In this document: positions 27,490 to 36,049 of the stretch, piece by piece
How positions within the stretch are numbered: position 1 is the stretch's first letter
Layout of the letters: each line of letters begins with the position of its first letter
Source of the DNA: a virus
Strand: one strand, 5' to 3'
IMG/VR virus record: IMGVR_UViG_3300042301_004349
Span: 1-64,000 of that record
DNA: 64,000 bases
The notes under the pieces: generated by a model
What the model was told of the DNA's origin: nothing
Database searches by the model: none
The model's input: the letters and a program-made list of their open reading frames with translations, nothing else
Program-made: the position numbers and the translations under genes

Positions 27490-28140
27490 TTATTTTTCAA
27501 ATAATTTTGTGACTAATTTATCACAACCTTTTTTGAGAGCATTACTTAGTGAAGTTTGGTTGAATTTACCACCTTCATCCACAAGTAAAGTAGACATTGA
27601 AATTTCAGATGAAGATTCTTCAACAATTATTTCTTTTTCTTTTATCCCATCTTTATATAGGATTCCTTTTAAACGAATGATTACTTCTTCTTCACCTTTA
27701 TGAAAAACTGAAATGTTTTTCTTGGTAGTTAGTACATCTAGATAAATAATTTCAACACGTAATTTATTTTCAGCCTCTGATGATATATTGTATCCTTTAT
27801 CTTGTAAATATTCTTCTAATACGTTTTTAACGCCAAATTCTAAATTACGGTTACCTGCTAATTTACCAACAACTACTTTGTTAGTAACTTTTTCAACATA
27901 GATATGTTCATCTGCGTTGTACCAAATGTTACCTGGGGAGTTTTTGAATGTACCGTCGATTTTATGACTAATTGCATTAGACATTTGTAAATTTTCTTCA
28001 TAAGATTTAAAGAAGTGGCTATATACAAAATATAATTGTACGAATAATGCCGCTATTACAAATGATCCTAGTAAGTATAACACACCTTGCGCAAACACAT
28101 CACGCAGATTGGTGGCCAGGGTAATGGCTTTTTGTTTCAT
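27490..28140 (-). CDS. membrane-anchored CsgG/LptE-like fold protein, paralogue of 20835..21551
   Basis: N-terminal TM; LEFGVKNVLEEYL and KFNQTSLSNALKKG align with the 238-aa protein. Confidence 0.6.
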   Translation of the reverse strand: MKQKAITLATNLRDVFAQGVLYLLGSFVIAALFVQLYFVYSHFFKSYEENLQMSNAISHKIDGTFKNSPGNIWYNADEHIYVEKVTNKVVVGKLAGNRNLEFGVKNVLEEYLQDKGYNISSEAENKLRVEIIYLDVLTTKKNISVFHKGEEEVIIRLKGILYKDGIKEKEIIVEESSSEISMSTLLVDEGGKFNQTSLSNALKKGCDKLVTKLFEK

Positions 28141-28166
28141 CTCTTTTAATTTTTAATGGGTTCAGA

Positions 28167-28176
28167 TATAAATATG
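28167..28176 (-). promoter_or_regulatory. class B promoter motif ATATTTATA (probable late promoter) heading the surface-protein operon
   Basis: same motif just upstream of many minus-strand starts (approx. 9349, 12525, 17037, 32421, 32993, 37733, 43795, 48252, 57880). Confidence 0.6.
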
Positions 28177-28177
28177 C

Positions 28178-28208
28178 AAAAAGAAAGGCAACCATTTCTG
28201 GTTGCCTT
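28178..28208 (-). terminator. intrinsic terminator after tmRNA
   Basis: AAGGCAACCA-GAAA-TGGTTGCCTT-TCTTTTT. Confidence 0.9.
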
Positions 28209-28217
28209 AGCAAATTG

Positions 28218-28594
28218 TGGAGGTGAAGGGAGTCGAACCCTTGTCCAAATACGGATTTAATAAATCTCGTTCACAAGCTTAGTTCGTTTTTCTAAACTGA
28301 ACAAAATATTCGGTTGGTTCTTCACCATCGGCAACCGATAAACAATGGGTGATTCGATTTCGGGTTCAATCACTTTTCCACCTTGGTACACATTCTATTT
28401 TAAGTCCCACGATGTGTGCGGGAGGGATTAGGCAGCTACTGCGTAATCAGCACCAACGAATGCCATAGCATCTTCGAAGGTCATTGTAGATAATTCTACG
28501 TCATTTATTGTTCGATAGGTATTTACGGATTTCCATCTAACCCGGCTTGCATCAACTCACCAACTCATCGCACCTGTCAAAACCAGGCACCCCC
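28218..28594 (-). ncRNA. ssrA: tmRNA
   Basis: 5' GGGGGTGCCTGGTTTTGAC, 3' GGGTTCGACTCCCTTCACCTCCA, G3.U70 pair; tag ORF 28428..28502 encodes DVELSTMTFEDAMAFVGADYAVAA*. Confidence 0.95.
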
Positions 28595-28599
28595 ATATG

Positions 28600-28917
28600 T
28601 TAAATAACTTCTGCTTTTCTATTTCGTTTCTTACCCTCTAATATTTTATGAACATCAGCACACAGTTCATATTCTTCTAACTTGATTAAATCATCCATAC
28701 AATTTTTTAATAATTCTTTGTATTGTGATTTTTCAATATTAAATATCATACCACTTGTATCCTTGAATGTGATATCAAATATATCAATCCCGTCTTTATT
28801 TCGTTTATGTGCGCTGAGTACGCATTTAACCATTTTAAGAATTAGATCACTATCTCTATCCTTCATCATTTGAAGGAATTGATGATGATCCTTTAACATT
28901 AAACAGTGACATGCCAT
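28600..28917 (-). CDS. UVR (UvrB/C) motif protein
   Basis: C-terminal MDDLIKLEEYELCADVHKIL; ATG at 28917 follows ATATTTATT. Confidence 0.65.
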   Translation of the reverse strand: MACHCLMLKDHHQFLQMMKDRDSDLILKMVKCVLSAHKRNKDGIDIFDITFKDTSGMIFNIEKSQYKELLKNCMDDLIKLEEYELCADVHKILEGKKRNRKAEVI

Positions 28918-29038
28918 AACAATAAATATTAGATACACTGTCTGTACTGTTAAACTGTCTCAATACTACCTTTATCGTAGCAGAGGTTTTCTTCATTCTT
29001 AGCGTCCGTCCAGTCCTTCTTTCGAAGCAGTGTATTTG

Positions 29039-29122
29039 TACCAGGAGCGGGAATCGAACCCGCACTCGCGTTGGCGAACAAGATTTTAAGTCTTGCGTGT
29101 CTACCTATTCCACCACCCCGGC
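29039..29122 (-). tRNA. tRNA-Leu(TAA)
   Basis: type II cloverleaf, CAAGA-CTTAAAA-TCTTG. Confidence 0.95.
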
Positions 29123-29163
29123 ATATGCAACTTTTAAACCACCCAATGAGTTGCCAACATATG

Positions 29164-29322
29164 CTGTAGGGGAAGGATTCGAACCTCCACGCGGCGATTC
29201 GATAAATGACATTTTTGCTAGCTAGCCTGTGGTCAACCCATTATCATTTATCTGTCTCGAACTCCGCACCCTCGAGACGGGAGGGTATGTCTGCCAAGCG
29301 TACGCCTTTTCACCACCCTACA
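29164..29322 (-). ncRNA. aberrant tRNA-like RNA (159 nt) with about 80-nt variable arm
   Basis: acceptor TGTAGGG/CCCTACA-G, T-arm GGAGG-TTCGAAT-CCTTC, anticodon arm CCCTC-CCGTCTC-GAGGG. Confidence 0.8.
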
Positions 29323-29325
29323 ATT

Positions 29326-29553
29326 CTAGTTAATTCTTGTTTGATTACGTCTTACTTCTTCTGCTTCTTTATAAACTCTAACCCAAGTTAAAAATACATC
29401 AACAGGAGCTAAAATCCAACACATAATAATTAGAGCTAGACTTTCAAGACCTGGTGATATTCCTAGACCACCAGACATGACATCTCTGTTCCATTTTTTA
29501 ATAGACATTACAATGCAGTAAAAAAAGCAAGTAAGGTAATAAATCCAAAACAT
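29326..29553 (-). CDS. small membrane protein
   Basis: two hydrophobic segments. Confidence 0.65.
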   Translation of the reverse strand: MFWIYYLTCFFYCIVMSIKKWNRDVMSGGLGISPGLESLALIIMCWILAPVDVFLTWVRVYKEAEEVRRNQTRIN

Positions 29554-29555
29554 AA

Positions 29556-29765
29556 CTATTGTTTAAAGTGTTTTTCAAGTGCTTCAATCTTATCTTCAGC
29601 ATCAACTAACATTTGTAATGCTTCTTCAGCATTGTTATAAAAGTCTTTTGTTGAATGATCTCCGATCCCAGCAGCATGGTTAGATAATAAATCTAGAGAT
29701 AGTAGTGCTTTTGTTTTTTCAGCAACTGCCGAAGCCATAAGCATGTCATATAATTCTTTTTTCAT
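29556..29765 (-). CDS. conserved small phage protein
   Basis: AGIGDHS helical-hairpin motif; class A promoter 29771-29802. Confidence 0.75.
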   Translation of the reverse strand: MKKELYDMLMASAVAEKTKALLSLDLLSNHAAGIGDHSTKDFYNNAEEALQMLVDAEDKIEALEKHFKQ

Positions 29766-29845
29766 ATATTGTTAATTTACACTTTTCTTTTTGCCCATCC
29801 AACATCTTTTTAAATTTTTTATTATGTCAAATAAACGTTGGCACG

Positions 29846-29919
29846 TGGGCCTGGTAGGAATCGAACCTACTACCTTCACATTATGAGTGTGCCGCTCTAA
29901 CCGATTGAGCTACAGGTCC
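29846..29919 (-). tRNA. tRNA(CAT), probably Ile2 (lysidine type)
   Basis: CT-CAT-AA loop; C4:G69 and C5:G68 TilS determinants; no initiator features. Confidence 0.85.
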
Positions 29920-29925
29920 TTGTTG

Positions 29926-29997
29926 AGCTCCCACTCGGAATCGAACCAAGTTATCGTGATTACAAGTCACGCGCATCGCCAGCAATGCTTTAGGAGC
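29926..29997 (-). tRNA. tRNA-Thr(TGT)
   Basis: CGTGA-CTTGTAA-TCACG. Confidence 0.9.
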
Positions 29998-30004
29998 ATT
30001 AATG

Positions 30005-30076
30005 GGTGTAAGGACGGTATCGAACCGTCTTATCGAGCTCCACAAACTCGCGCTTCACCTTAAAGCTTCAGACACC
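30005..30076 (-). tRNA. tRNA-His(GTG)
   Basis: CGAGT-TTGTGGA-GCTCG, G-1:C73; two acceptor-stem mismatches. Confidence 0.85.
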
Positions 30077-30087
30077 ATGTATTTTAG

Positions 30088-30159
30088 TACTCAGTACGGG
30101 ATTCGAACCCGTATTACATCCGTGAAAGGGATGTGACCTAGCCCTTAGTCGAACTGAGC
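30088..30159 (-). tRNA. tRNA-Glu(TTC)
   Basis: CATCC-CTTTCAC-GGATG. Confidence 0.95.
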
Positions 30160-30166
30160 AAACCGA

Positions 30167-30382
30167 TTATTCTGCAGTCAGAATAACCTCTGCAATCTTA
30201 GCTTCTGATGCTGATTTTACTTCAAATTGCTCTTCACCACGTTCCACTAAATATTGTACTGTTCTAGCTTCTGCTTCAGTTACTGACATTGCGTCTACTA
30301 GATAATTTACATTTTGTTTTTTAACTTTTCCTCTTTCGTCTTCAGTTGTAAACTGAACTTTTACATTGAAATACTGTGCCAT
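30167..30382 (-). CDS. DUF4494-like protein (Bacteroidota family)
   Basis: GKVKK...YLVDAMSVTEAEAR motif. Confidence 0.75.
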   Translation of the reverse strand: MAQYFNVKVQFTTEDERGKVKKQNVNYLVDAMSVTEAEARTVQYLVERGEEQFEVKSASEAKIAEVILTAE

Positions 30383-30388
30383 GTTTTA

Positions 30389-30679
30389 TTAATTTTGTTT
30401 TTCGTATACTGAATAATCGTAAATGTGAGCTCTATATTTGAATAAGGCTTTTTGAAATTTTTGACGATTTTTGTAATCCTCAAATGATTCATTTTCTCTA
30501 CGAGCAGGACCAATTCCAGCATAGTAGTTGATCACATCATTGTTTAATTTTACTTCATTAGCAAAGAACATCATTTTGGCCATGTTTTTAGAACCAAATG
30601 GTTGATATCCTGTTTTGTACATTTGTTTAATTTCTTCTGGTAATTCGAAACCAGCGTATTGGTTGTGTAATCCTTCCAT
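30389..30679 (-). CDS. hypothetical protein
   Basis: ARRENESFEDYKNR; promoter -7 element near 30701. Confidence 0.7.
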   Translation of the reverse strand: MEGLHNQYAGFELPEEIKQMYKTGYQPFGSKNMAKMMFFANEVKLNNDVINYYAGIGPARRENESFEDYKNRQKFQKALFKYRAHIYDYSVYEKQN

Positions 30680-30717
30680 ATTTTATAACTTTATTTGAGG
30701 TAAATATACGACGGGCA

Positions 30718-31311
30718 TTATAAGATTCCAAGCGCTTTCATATTTTCTATTTGATCTTCTGAAAGATTGAAGTCTGGTTCTTCTATTTTGAATTTGTTTG
30801 TAGTGAAACTTTCAATTTTGTCTACTTGTTCAGGGGTAAATACATCTCCAATGAACAAGAAATAACAGTTGTAACATAATAATTCTAAATTTTCTAAACG
30901 ATAATTACGTTTATTATTATCTTTAAAATTAAGTAACAATGGAATTTTATAATCAGTTACTCGGCGTTCACAGAATCCACAGTTGTGACATTCCTCAGCA
31001 ATCCTGCTCTCATAAATTAACCTATTTTTAATTTTTTCTGGATTAAAATGAGATGGATCCATCTGCCCATTTAATATTTGATCTAAAGCAGGTTCTTTTT
31101 TTGCTCCAACTAAATGTTTAGGAATACCTTTACCTGACTGATTAAAATGAATATCAAATAGTGTCTCTCCAGTTTCATCGTCTTTATATAGCTTAGCATA
31201 TGCTTTATAATGAGTGTAAGAGCAATTCAAGTAACGAGCAGCTGCTCTATTACTACGAGTATGCCTCATAGCTCTTAAGATATCATCTTTCGAAAACGGT
31301 TTTGGTTTCAT
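30718..31311 (-). CDS. HTH plus HNH-like zinc-binding protein
   Basis: N-terminal AAARYLNCSY; CHNCG...FKDNNKRNYRLENLELLCYNC (catalytic His not evident). Confidence 0.7.
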   Translation of the reverse strand: MKPKPFSKDDILRAMRHTRSNRAAARYLNCSYTHYKAYAKLYKDDETGETLFDIHFNQSGKGIPKHLVGAKKEPALDQILNGQMDPSHFNPEKIKNRLIYESRIAEECHNCGFCERRVTDYKIPLLLNFKDNNKRNYRLENLELLCYNCYFLFIGDVFTPEQVDKIESFTTNKFKIEEPDFNLSEDQIENMKALGIL

Positions 31312-31313
31312 AA

Positions 31314-31727
31314 CTATTTTTTCTTCTTAACATCTCCTTTTATAACTTGTAATAACATCCACAAATCATCTGGGTTCTGTAACAGTATTTCGTTACCATG
31401 AGGATCAACTAAAGATTGTATATTTCCTTCAGGATCAATTCTATCATATAAATAAAAGAATATTAATTCAGATGCTTCTTTACCAAAATTCAATATAATT
31501 AAATTATCAATAGCCTCATAAAATACATCGTCATATTTAGTAAGATCTAAATTAAAATCACTACTTAATAGAAAAGATCTTGTATTTGCTTGTTCTAGAC
31601 TAATTACAATTTTATTAAATAATTCTCTAGTAACATCTTGTTGTGTTTTTTTTCTTCTTGTAAGAGTAGTATCAGAGCCTAAAATTAAATCTATTGATTT
31701 TTTAGCATCATCAATATTTCCTTCCAT
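31314..31727 (-). CDS. hypothetical protein
   Basis: packed ORF. Confidence 0.7.
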   Translation of the reverse strand: MEGNIDDAKKSIDLILGSDTTLTRRKKTQQDVTRELFNKIVISLEQANTRSFLLSSDFNLDLTKYDDVFYEAIDNLIILNFGKEASELIFFYLYDRIDPEGNIQSLVDPHGNEILLQNPDDLWMLLQVIKGDVKKKK

Positions 31728-31729
31728 AA

Positions 31730-32029
31730 CTAAATTTGTTTTATTAAATCCCTTATCTCAATACACTTATCATAGTTTTCATCTTCTACATAATGTTCTA
31801 ATAAGTTTTCAAGAGTTGGTTGCCATTTTTCCTTCTCTAATTCTAGATAAGTAGTTGTACCTGCAATTTGAAATAAAGAAATTGATTTTTTCTTTTTCTT
31901 AATTCCGTCTTTTATAGCAAATATTGTTTCCTCTATAACTGCTCTTCTAATCTCAGGGTGAGTACTTACTTGTTCATAGGTTGCTCCATCCCCAAGTGAT
32001 ATTTTGAACACCGGAATTCTTCTTTTCAT
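31730..32029 (-). CDS. UVR (UvrB/C) motif protein
   Basis: LEHYVEDENYDKCIEIRDLIKQI. Confidence 0.7.
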   Translation of the reverse strand: MKRRIPVFKISLGDGATYEQVSTHPEIRRAVIEETIFAIKDGIKKKKKSISLFQIAGTTTYLELEKEKWQPTLENLLEHYVEDENYDKCIEIRDLIKQI

Positions 32030-32051
32030 ATTTTCCCTTTTTTAACAGTGA

Positions 32052-32405
32052 TTACTCAGCTGTAACCTCTTCTTCAGGTGCTGTAGGTGCTGCAGGTACT
32101 TCTGCTGCTGGTTCTTCTACAGGTTGTTCTTCAGGCATGATTGCCTTCTTGATCATTAACCTAATGTCCTGGATAGGAATTAAGAAACCAATAACATTAT
32201 CAAAAGGAACATCTGTATCCATATTTGCAGTCATATTGAATTGTTGCAAACCTTGGTTTAATTTTGATTGTAACTTTTGAGTCATAGCAGCTTTATCATC
32301 ACCTACTAATGTTTGAGGCAATGCAAATTGTACCTTAATACCCTTTTTAGTTGGGTTATGGTTTACATCTACTTTAAGTTTTGGTTTTATGTTTAAATCT
32401 GCCAT
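32052..32405 (-). CDS. hypothetical protein, acidic P/A-rich tail
   Basis: ORF behind class B motif. Confidence 0.7.
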   Translation of the reverse strand: MADLNIKPKLKVDVNHNPTKKGIKVQFALPQTLVGDDKAAMTQKLQSKLNQGLQQFNMTANMDTDVPFDNVIGFLIPIQDIRLMIKKAIMPEEQPVEEPAAEVPAAPTAPEEEVTAE

Positions 32406-32432
32406 TGTATTGTGTTTATATATAAATATTAA

Positions 32433-32975
32433 TTATTCTATAATCTCATCAACTAGACCATATTTTTGTGCTGTTTTAACATCAAAATACCATTCAGCCT
32501 GTCTATCTCTATGTGGTTGTAATATCTTCTGAGTGAGCTTTGTTTTTGATATTAGGTAAGCATCACATATTTTATCAATACGTTCTGTTTCTTTTAATTC
32601 CTGTTTATGGAACGCTACTTTACCATTAATCTCATATGCTGCTTCGTGATACATGAATGTCGAATATTTACTCGCAATTCTGTGATGTCCCGCAGCATAT
32701 ACTATTAGAGCCATTGACATTGCTGTACCATGGCATATAGTATGGATTGGAGTCTGCGAATTATCAATTACATCAATTAATGCTAACCCACTAAATACTT
32801 CTCCACCAAACGAGTTGATAATGAGTTTAATTGGTTCTACTGTTTGTTTTTTAGCGTCTTCCTCGTTAATCTCATATATGTCTTGTATAATTTGATTAAC
32901 TGTTTCACATTCAATGTCCCCCAATGTTATGATTCGACTTAACGGGTCTAATTTAGAACGACGCTCTCTTGACAT
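32433..32975 (-). CDS. clpP: ClpP-family protease
   Basis: INSFGG, GTAMSMA (catalytic Ser), FMYHE (His), KYGLVDEI. Confidence 0.9.
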   Translation of the reverse strand: MSRERRSKLDPLSRIITLGDIECETVNQIIQDIYEINEEDAKKQTVEPIKLIINSFGGEVFSGLALIDVIDNSQTPIHTICHGTAMSMALIVYAAGHHRIASKYSTFMYHEAAYEINGKVAFHKQELKETERIDKICDAYLISKTKLTQKILQPHRDRQAEWYFDVKTAQKYGLVDEIIE

Positions 32976-33027
32976 AATTTATAATTTTCTCTTATAAATA
33001 TAAGTCCAAACTATTGCTTAAACAAAT

Positions 33028-33636
33028 TTATTTTATATCACTATCCCCATGAGTCTGGAAGCATATAAGAGGATAATGTCCATAGTAGTTTATTAAATTT
33101 TTCTTTCCTAGGTTATGAAGATACCAATCTACATTACAACTAGTTGATTTTTTATTATCTACCAGCTCAATTAACTTAGCTGCTCCTGTTTTTGATATGA
33201 TATAGGCTTCAGTAGTAAATGCGTTTTTTCTAGCAAACTCCGGTTTGTAAATACCTAAACTATATGTCCCACCCTCATAAGTTCCTCCTATAAATAATAT
33301 ATCAAAATCTTCTGGGGTTGATTCTGTGATGGTTTTTAGAGTGTTTTCAAATTCAGATTTAAACTTAACATCGTCTTCTAATACAAGAGCAATTTCTTCT
33401 TCTGCTTCTATAATCATTTTCCAAGTATTATAGTGACTTGCAAAGCATCCCATAGCTCCATCAGAATCAATAAAATTTTCTTCTGTGATTAATTTATTAA
33501 TCCAAAATTGTTTATCTTCATTTGGTAATTTAGAATAATAAACTGCTCTAACTAGTTTAGGTTGAGGGATTGGATTTTTAGTTACTGTAGAAAGTCTATC
33601 TATTCTATGTGGGAGATTAATTATATATGTTTTCAT
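33028..33636 (-). CDS. glycosyltransferase family 25
   Basis: YIINL..RIDR, GCFASH, LVLEDD, AYIIS..GA.KL. Confidence 0.88.
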   Translation of the reverse strand: MKTYIINLPHRIDRLSTVTKNPIPQPKLVRAVYYSKLPNEDKQFWINKLITEENFIDSDGAMGCFASHYNTWKMIIEAEEEIALVLEDDVKFKSEFENTLKTITESTPEDFDILFIGGTYEGGTYSLGIYKPEFARKNAFTTEAYIISKTGAAKLIELVDNKKSTSCNVDWYLHNLGKKNLINYYGHYPLICFQTHGDSDIK

Positions 33637-34193
33637 TATTTCTTTTTAAACAACATCAATGTGTTTTTAAACCACCATGCTTTGGCTGATTTTCTTAACC
33701 CTGTTGATACACCTTCATTATATTCAAATCCTAAAGATGTAATCTTATCAATAATATAATCATTTGGTTGTTCATTAACATGTCCGTCTCCTCTTTGATC
33801 AGGAATTGCCCAACTTAGTAAAACATAATTATGAGAATGTTTTAAAACATTATTAATGTAAATATCTTCAAATTCTTTAGGAATATGTTCTCCTACTTCT
33901 AAACTTAAGACAAAATCAAAGGTTTTACCTAAATCCATATTTTCACTTAAGTCAACTACCTTCCCCAACCCATTAGTAAGTTCTGGAGTATTTGGGTTGC
34001 CATCATACGCTTCACATTGAATATTTTCTTTGATAATCTCACCTACATAAAACGCAGGCCCACATCCTAAGTCTAATAAAGTTTTAATTTCATTAGTCTT
34101 TAAAAAATCAACCAGTACTGAGCAGAGAGGGATATCATTGTGGTGCCCCACTGTTGTATCATTCTCCCAAAATCCCCTTGTATTAATTTTCAT
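33636..34193 (-). CDS. class I SAM-dependent methyltransferase
   Basis: LDLGCG, FDFVLSLEVGEHI, GHVNEQ. Confidence 0.88.
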   Translation of the reverse strand: MKINTRGFWENDTTVGHHNDIPLCSVLVDFLKTNEIKTLLDLGCGPAFYVGEIIKENIQCEAYDGNPNTPELTNGLGKVVDLSENMDLGKTFDFVLSLEVGEHIPKEFEDIYINNVLKHSHNYVLLSWAIPDQRGDGHVNEQPNDYIIDKITSLGFEYNEGVSTGLRKSAKAWWFKNTLMLFKKK

Positions 34194-34644
34194 TCTTAAA
34201 ATATTCAATGTAATTTAAAGCTTCCATATATGTGCTTCCAAAATGTTGGATCGTAGTCATATCTGCTTTATGTGTAGCACCTTCAGGAAATTTAGATTTT
34301 TCTTCTTCAGTAATAGGAGTAGCCTTAACCCCAGCCCACTGCCAAGTATTATCTACTAAATCAACAAATACCATTCCTTTAGTTGGATGGTTTATTGTTG
34401 AAGGATACCAATAATATCCGTTTTCATCTAGTTTTTTAATAGCTCTATATAACTCAGGTAATACGGCTTCTGTTTGTTCTAAGTCAACTTTTTCAATATG
34501 TTGGTCTGAATTTGAAGCAAATCCACATCCAAAGCAATGCCATAGTTTCTTTTGGTCATGTTCTACCTCATAGCAAAAATTTGATTCGCATATAGGACAT
34601 GTTATTAATTTATCCATCTGATTTTTATTTTGTTGTTGTGACAT
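34183..34644 (-). CDS. zinc-ribbon protein
   Basis: CPIC...CFGC. Confidence 0.7.
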   Translation of the reverse strand: MSQQQNKNQMDKLITCPICESNFCYEVEHDQKKLWHCFGCGFASNSDQHIEKVDLEQTEAVLPELYRAIKKLDENGYYWYPSTINHPTKGMVFVDLVDNTWQWAGVKATPITEEEKSKFPEGATHKADMTTIQHFGSTYMEALNYIEYFKNEN

Positions 34645-34804
34645 TTAAACCTAATTTATCTAATTCAATTATATAAGTGTTAGGTTCATCATTTATTTTA
34701 GATAGTTCTTCTTTTAATAGATCCCATTGCTTAGGAGTTGGTTGATATTCATGACAAGCCTCAACAAATCCTTTCAACCAGATTATAAATTCTTTACTTG
34801 TCAT
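34625..34804 (-). CDS. small phage protein
   Basis: MTSKEFIIWLKGF...PTPKQWD motif. Confidence 0.65.
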   Translation of the reverse strand: MTSKEFIIWLKGFVEACHEYQPTPKQWDLLKEELSKINDEPNTYIIELDKLGLNVTTTK

Positions 34805-36047
34805 CTTCTTTAATTTTAACATTATTATCTAATATCTCAATTAGCTTCTCTCCCATTTTTTCTAAGCTAAATTCATTACGACAAATATACGACTGTCTTT
34901 TTGCTTTTTCAACATATTCTTTATAATCAGTATAAACTGTTTTTAAAGCTAAAGTAGCTTCATCATAATTAGGAGTAAACCATTTTGACTCAGCTATCAA
35001 CATGTTTTCAACCACTGCACTCTTATCTATTGGTTTTAATTCACCTCCAACAAACATACTGAATTCTTTGTTTAGGAAATCTGTATGTCCACTCCACCCA
35101 CTTACAATAATTGGTTTTTGTGACTGAGTGAATTCAATTAGGGGTCTACCATAGCCTTCTCCTTTAGTTAAACTAAACATAGCTTTTACTTTTGGATGAT
35201 TATATAAACTATTCATTTCATCATCAGTTAATTCACCATGTAGTAAATAAATGTTTGGTAAATCACCTCCAACTTTTGATTTAATTTCTTCAATTTTAGC
35301 AATCATAGCATCTCTATCCATAATTGAATAAGTACCTCCATTTACTTTTAAAATCAATCCTGGTTTTACTTTTCTATCTTTAAATGCTTGGAGGAATGTT
35401 GCAATCGTGCCTCCCATATTTTTTCTATCTTCACCAAAATCACCTTGTAACCAATGGCCTACAACTAAGAAATTAAAATGTTCAGGTATGCCTTCTAAGA
35501 CATAATCTATATCTTTATTTATTTCTGTTGTTTTATTATAAATTTTAGTATCAACCCCTTCAAATAACACTTCCATAGGAACTGTAGTTTGAATAATTCC
35601 TACAACTTCTTCAGGATTATCTTTTTTACGTTGCTCATACTTAGAATTTAAAAATACATTTTTAGCATGTTTGCAGGATGTTAATACTAAATCCATTCTA
35701 TTACAACCTTCAATCCATGTTGTTGAACATAAATCTGTTTCAATACCAGCTGTAATTCCAATATTATATTTACCTACCTTTTGAAATTCATTAGGTACAG
35801 TAATCTGAATCCAAATGTCTGGAGTTTGATCTAGTCTAGTATTACTTGGTTGAATACAATCAATAATCTTTTTATGATCAGGATTACTTGGTTGAAGGAA
35901 ATTTTGTGGTGTACCACCCCATTTTTGTGATAGGATTTTTACTTCATATTTGTCTGAATCAATGAGTGCTTTTACTACATCTCTTGATCTTGCTCCGTAT
36001 CCACTAAATGTATTTACTGGAGCACTTATTGCTATAACTGGTTTCAT
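34794..36047 (-). CDS. GT-B (GT4-like) glycosyltransferase
   Basis: SGYG, RKN, KGEGYGRPLIEF. Confidence 0.88.
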   Translation of the reverse strand: MKPVIAISAPVNTFSGYGARSRDVVKALIDSDKYEVKILSQKWGGTPQNFLQPSNPDHKKIIDCIQPSNTRLDQTPDIWIQITVPNEFQKVGKYNIGITAGIETDLCSTTWIEGCNRMDLVLTSCKHAKNVFLNSKYEQRKKDNPEEVVGIIQTTVPMEVLFEGVDTKIYNKTTEINKDIDYVLEGIPEHFNFLVVGHWLQGDFGEDRKNMGGTIATFLQAFKDRKVKPGLILKVNGGTYSIMDRDAMIAKIEEIKSKVGGDLPNIYLLHGELTDDEMNSLYNHPKVKAMFSLTKGEGYGRPLIEFTQSQKPIIVSGWSGHTDFLNKEFSMFVGGELKPIDKSAVVENMLIAESKWFTPNYDEATLALKTVYTDYKEYVEKAKRQSYICRNEFSLEKMGEKLIEILDNNVKIKEDDK

Positions 36048-36049
36048 AA

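Noticed and set aside
28856-29391. ORFs 28856..29065 (-) and 29206..29391 (+)
   Set aside because: They overlap tRNA-Leu and the tRNA-like RNA
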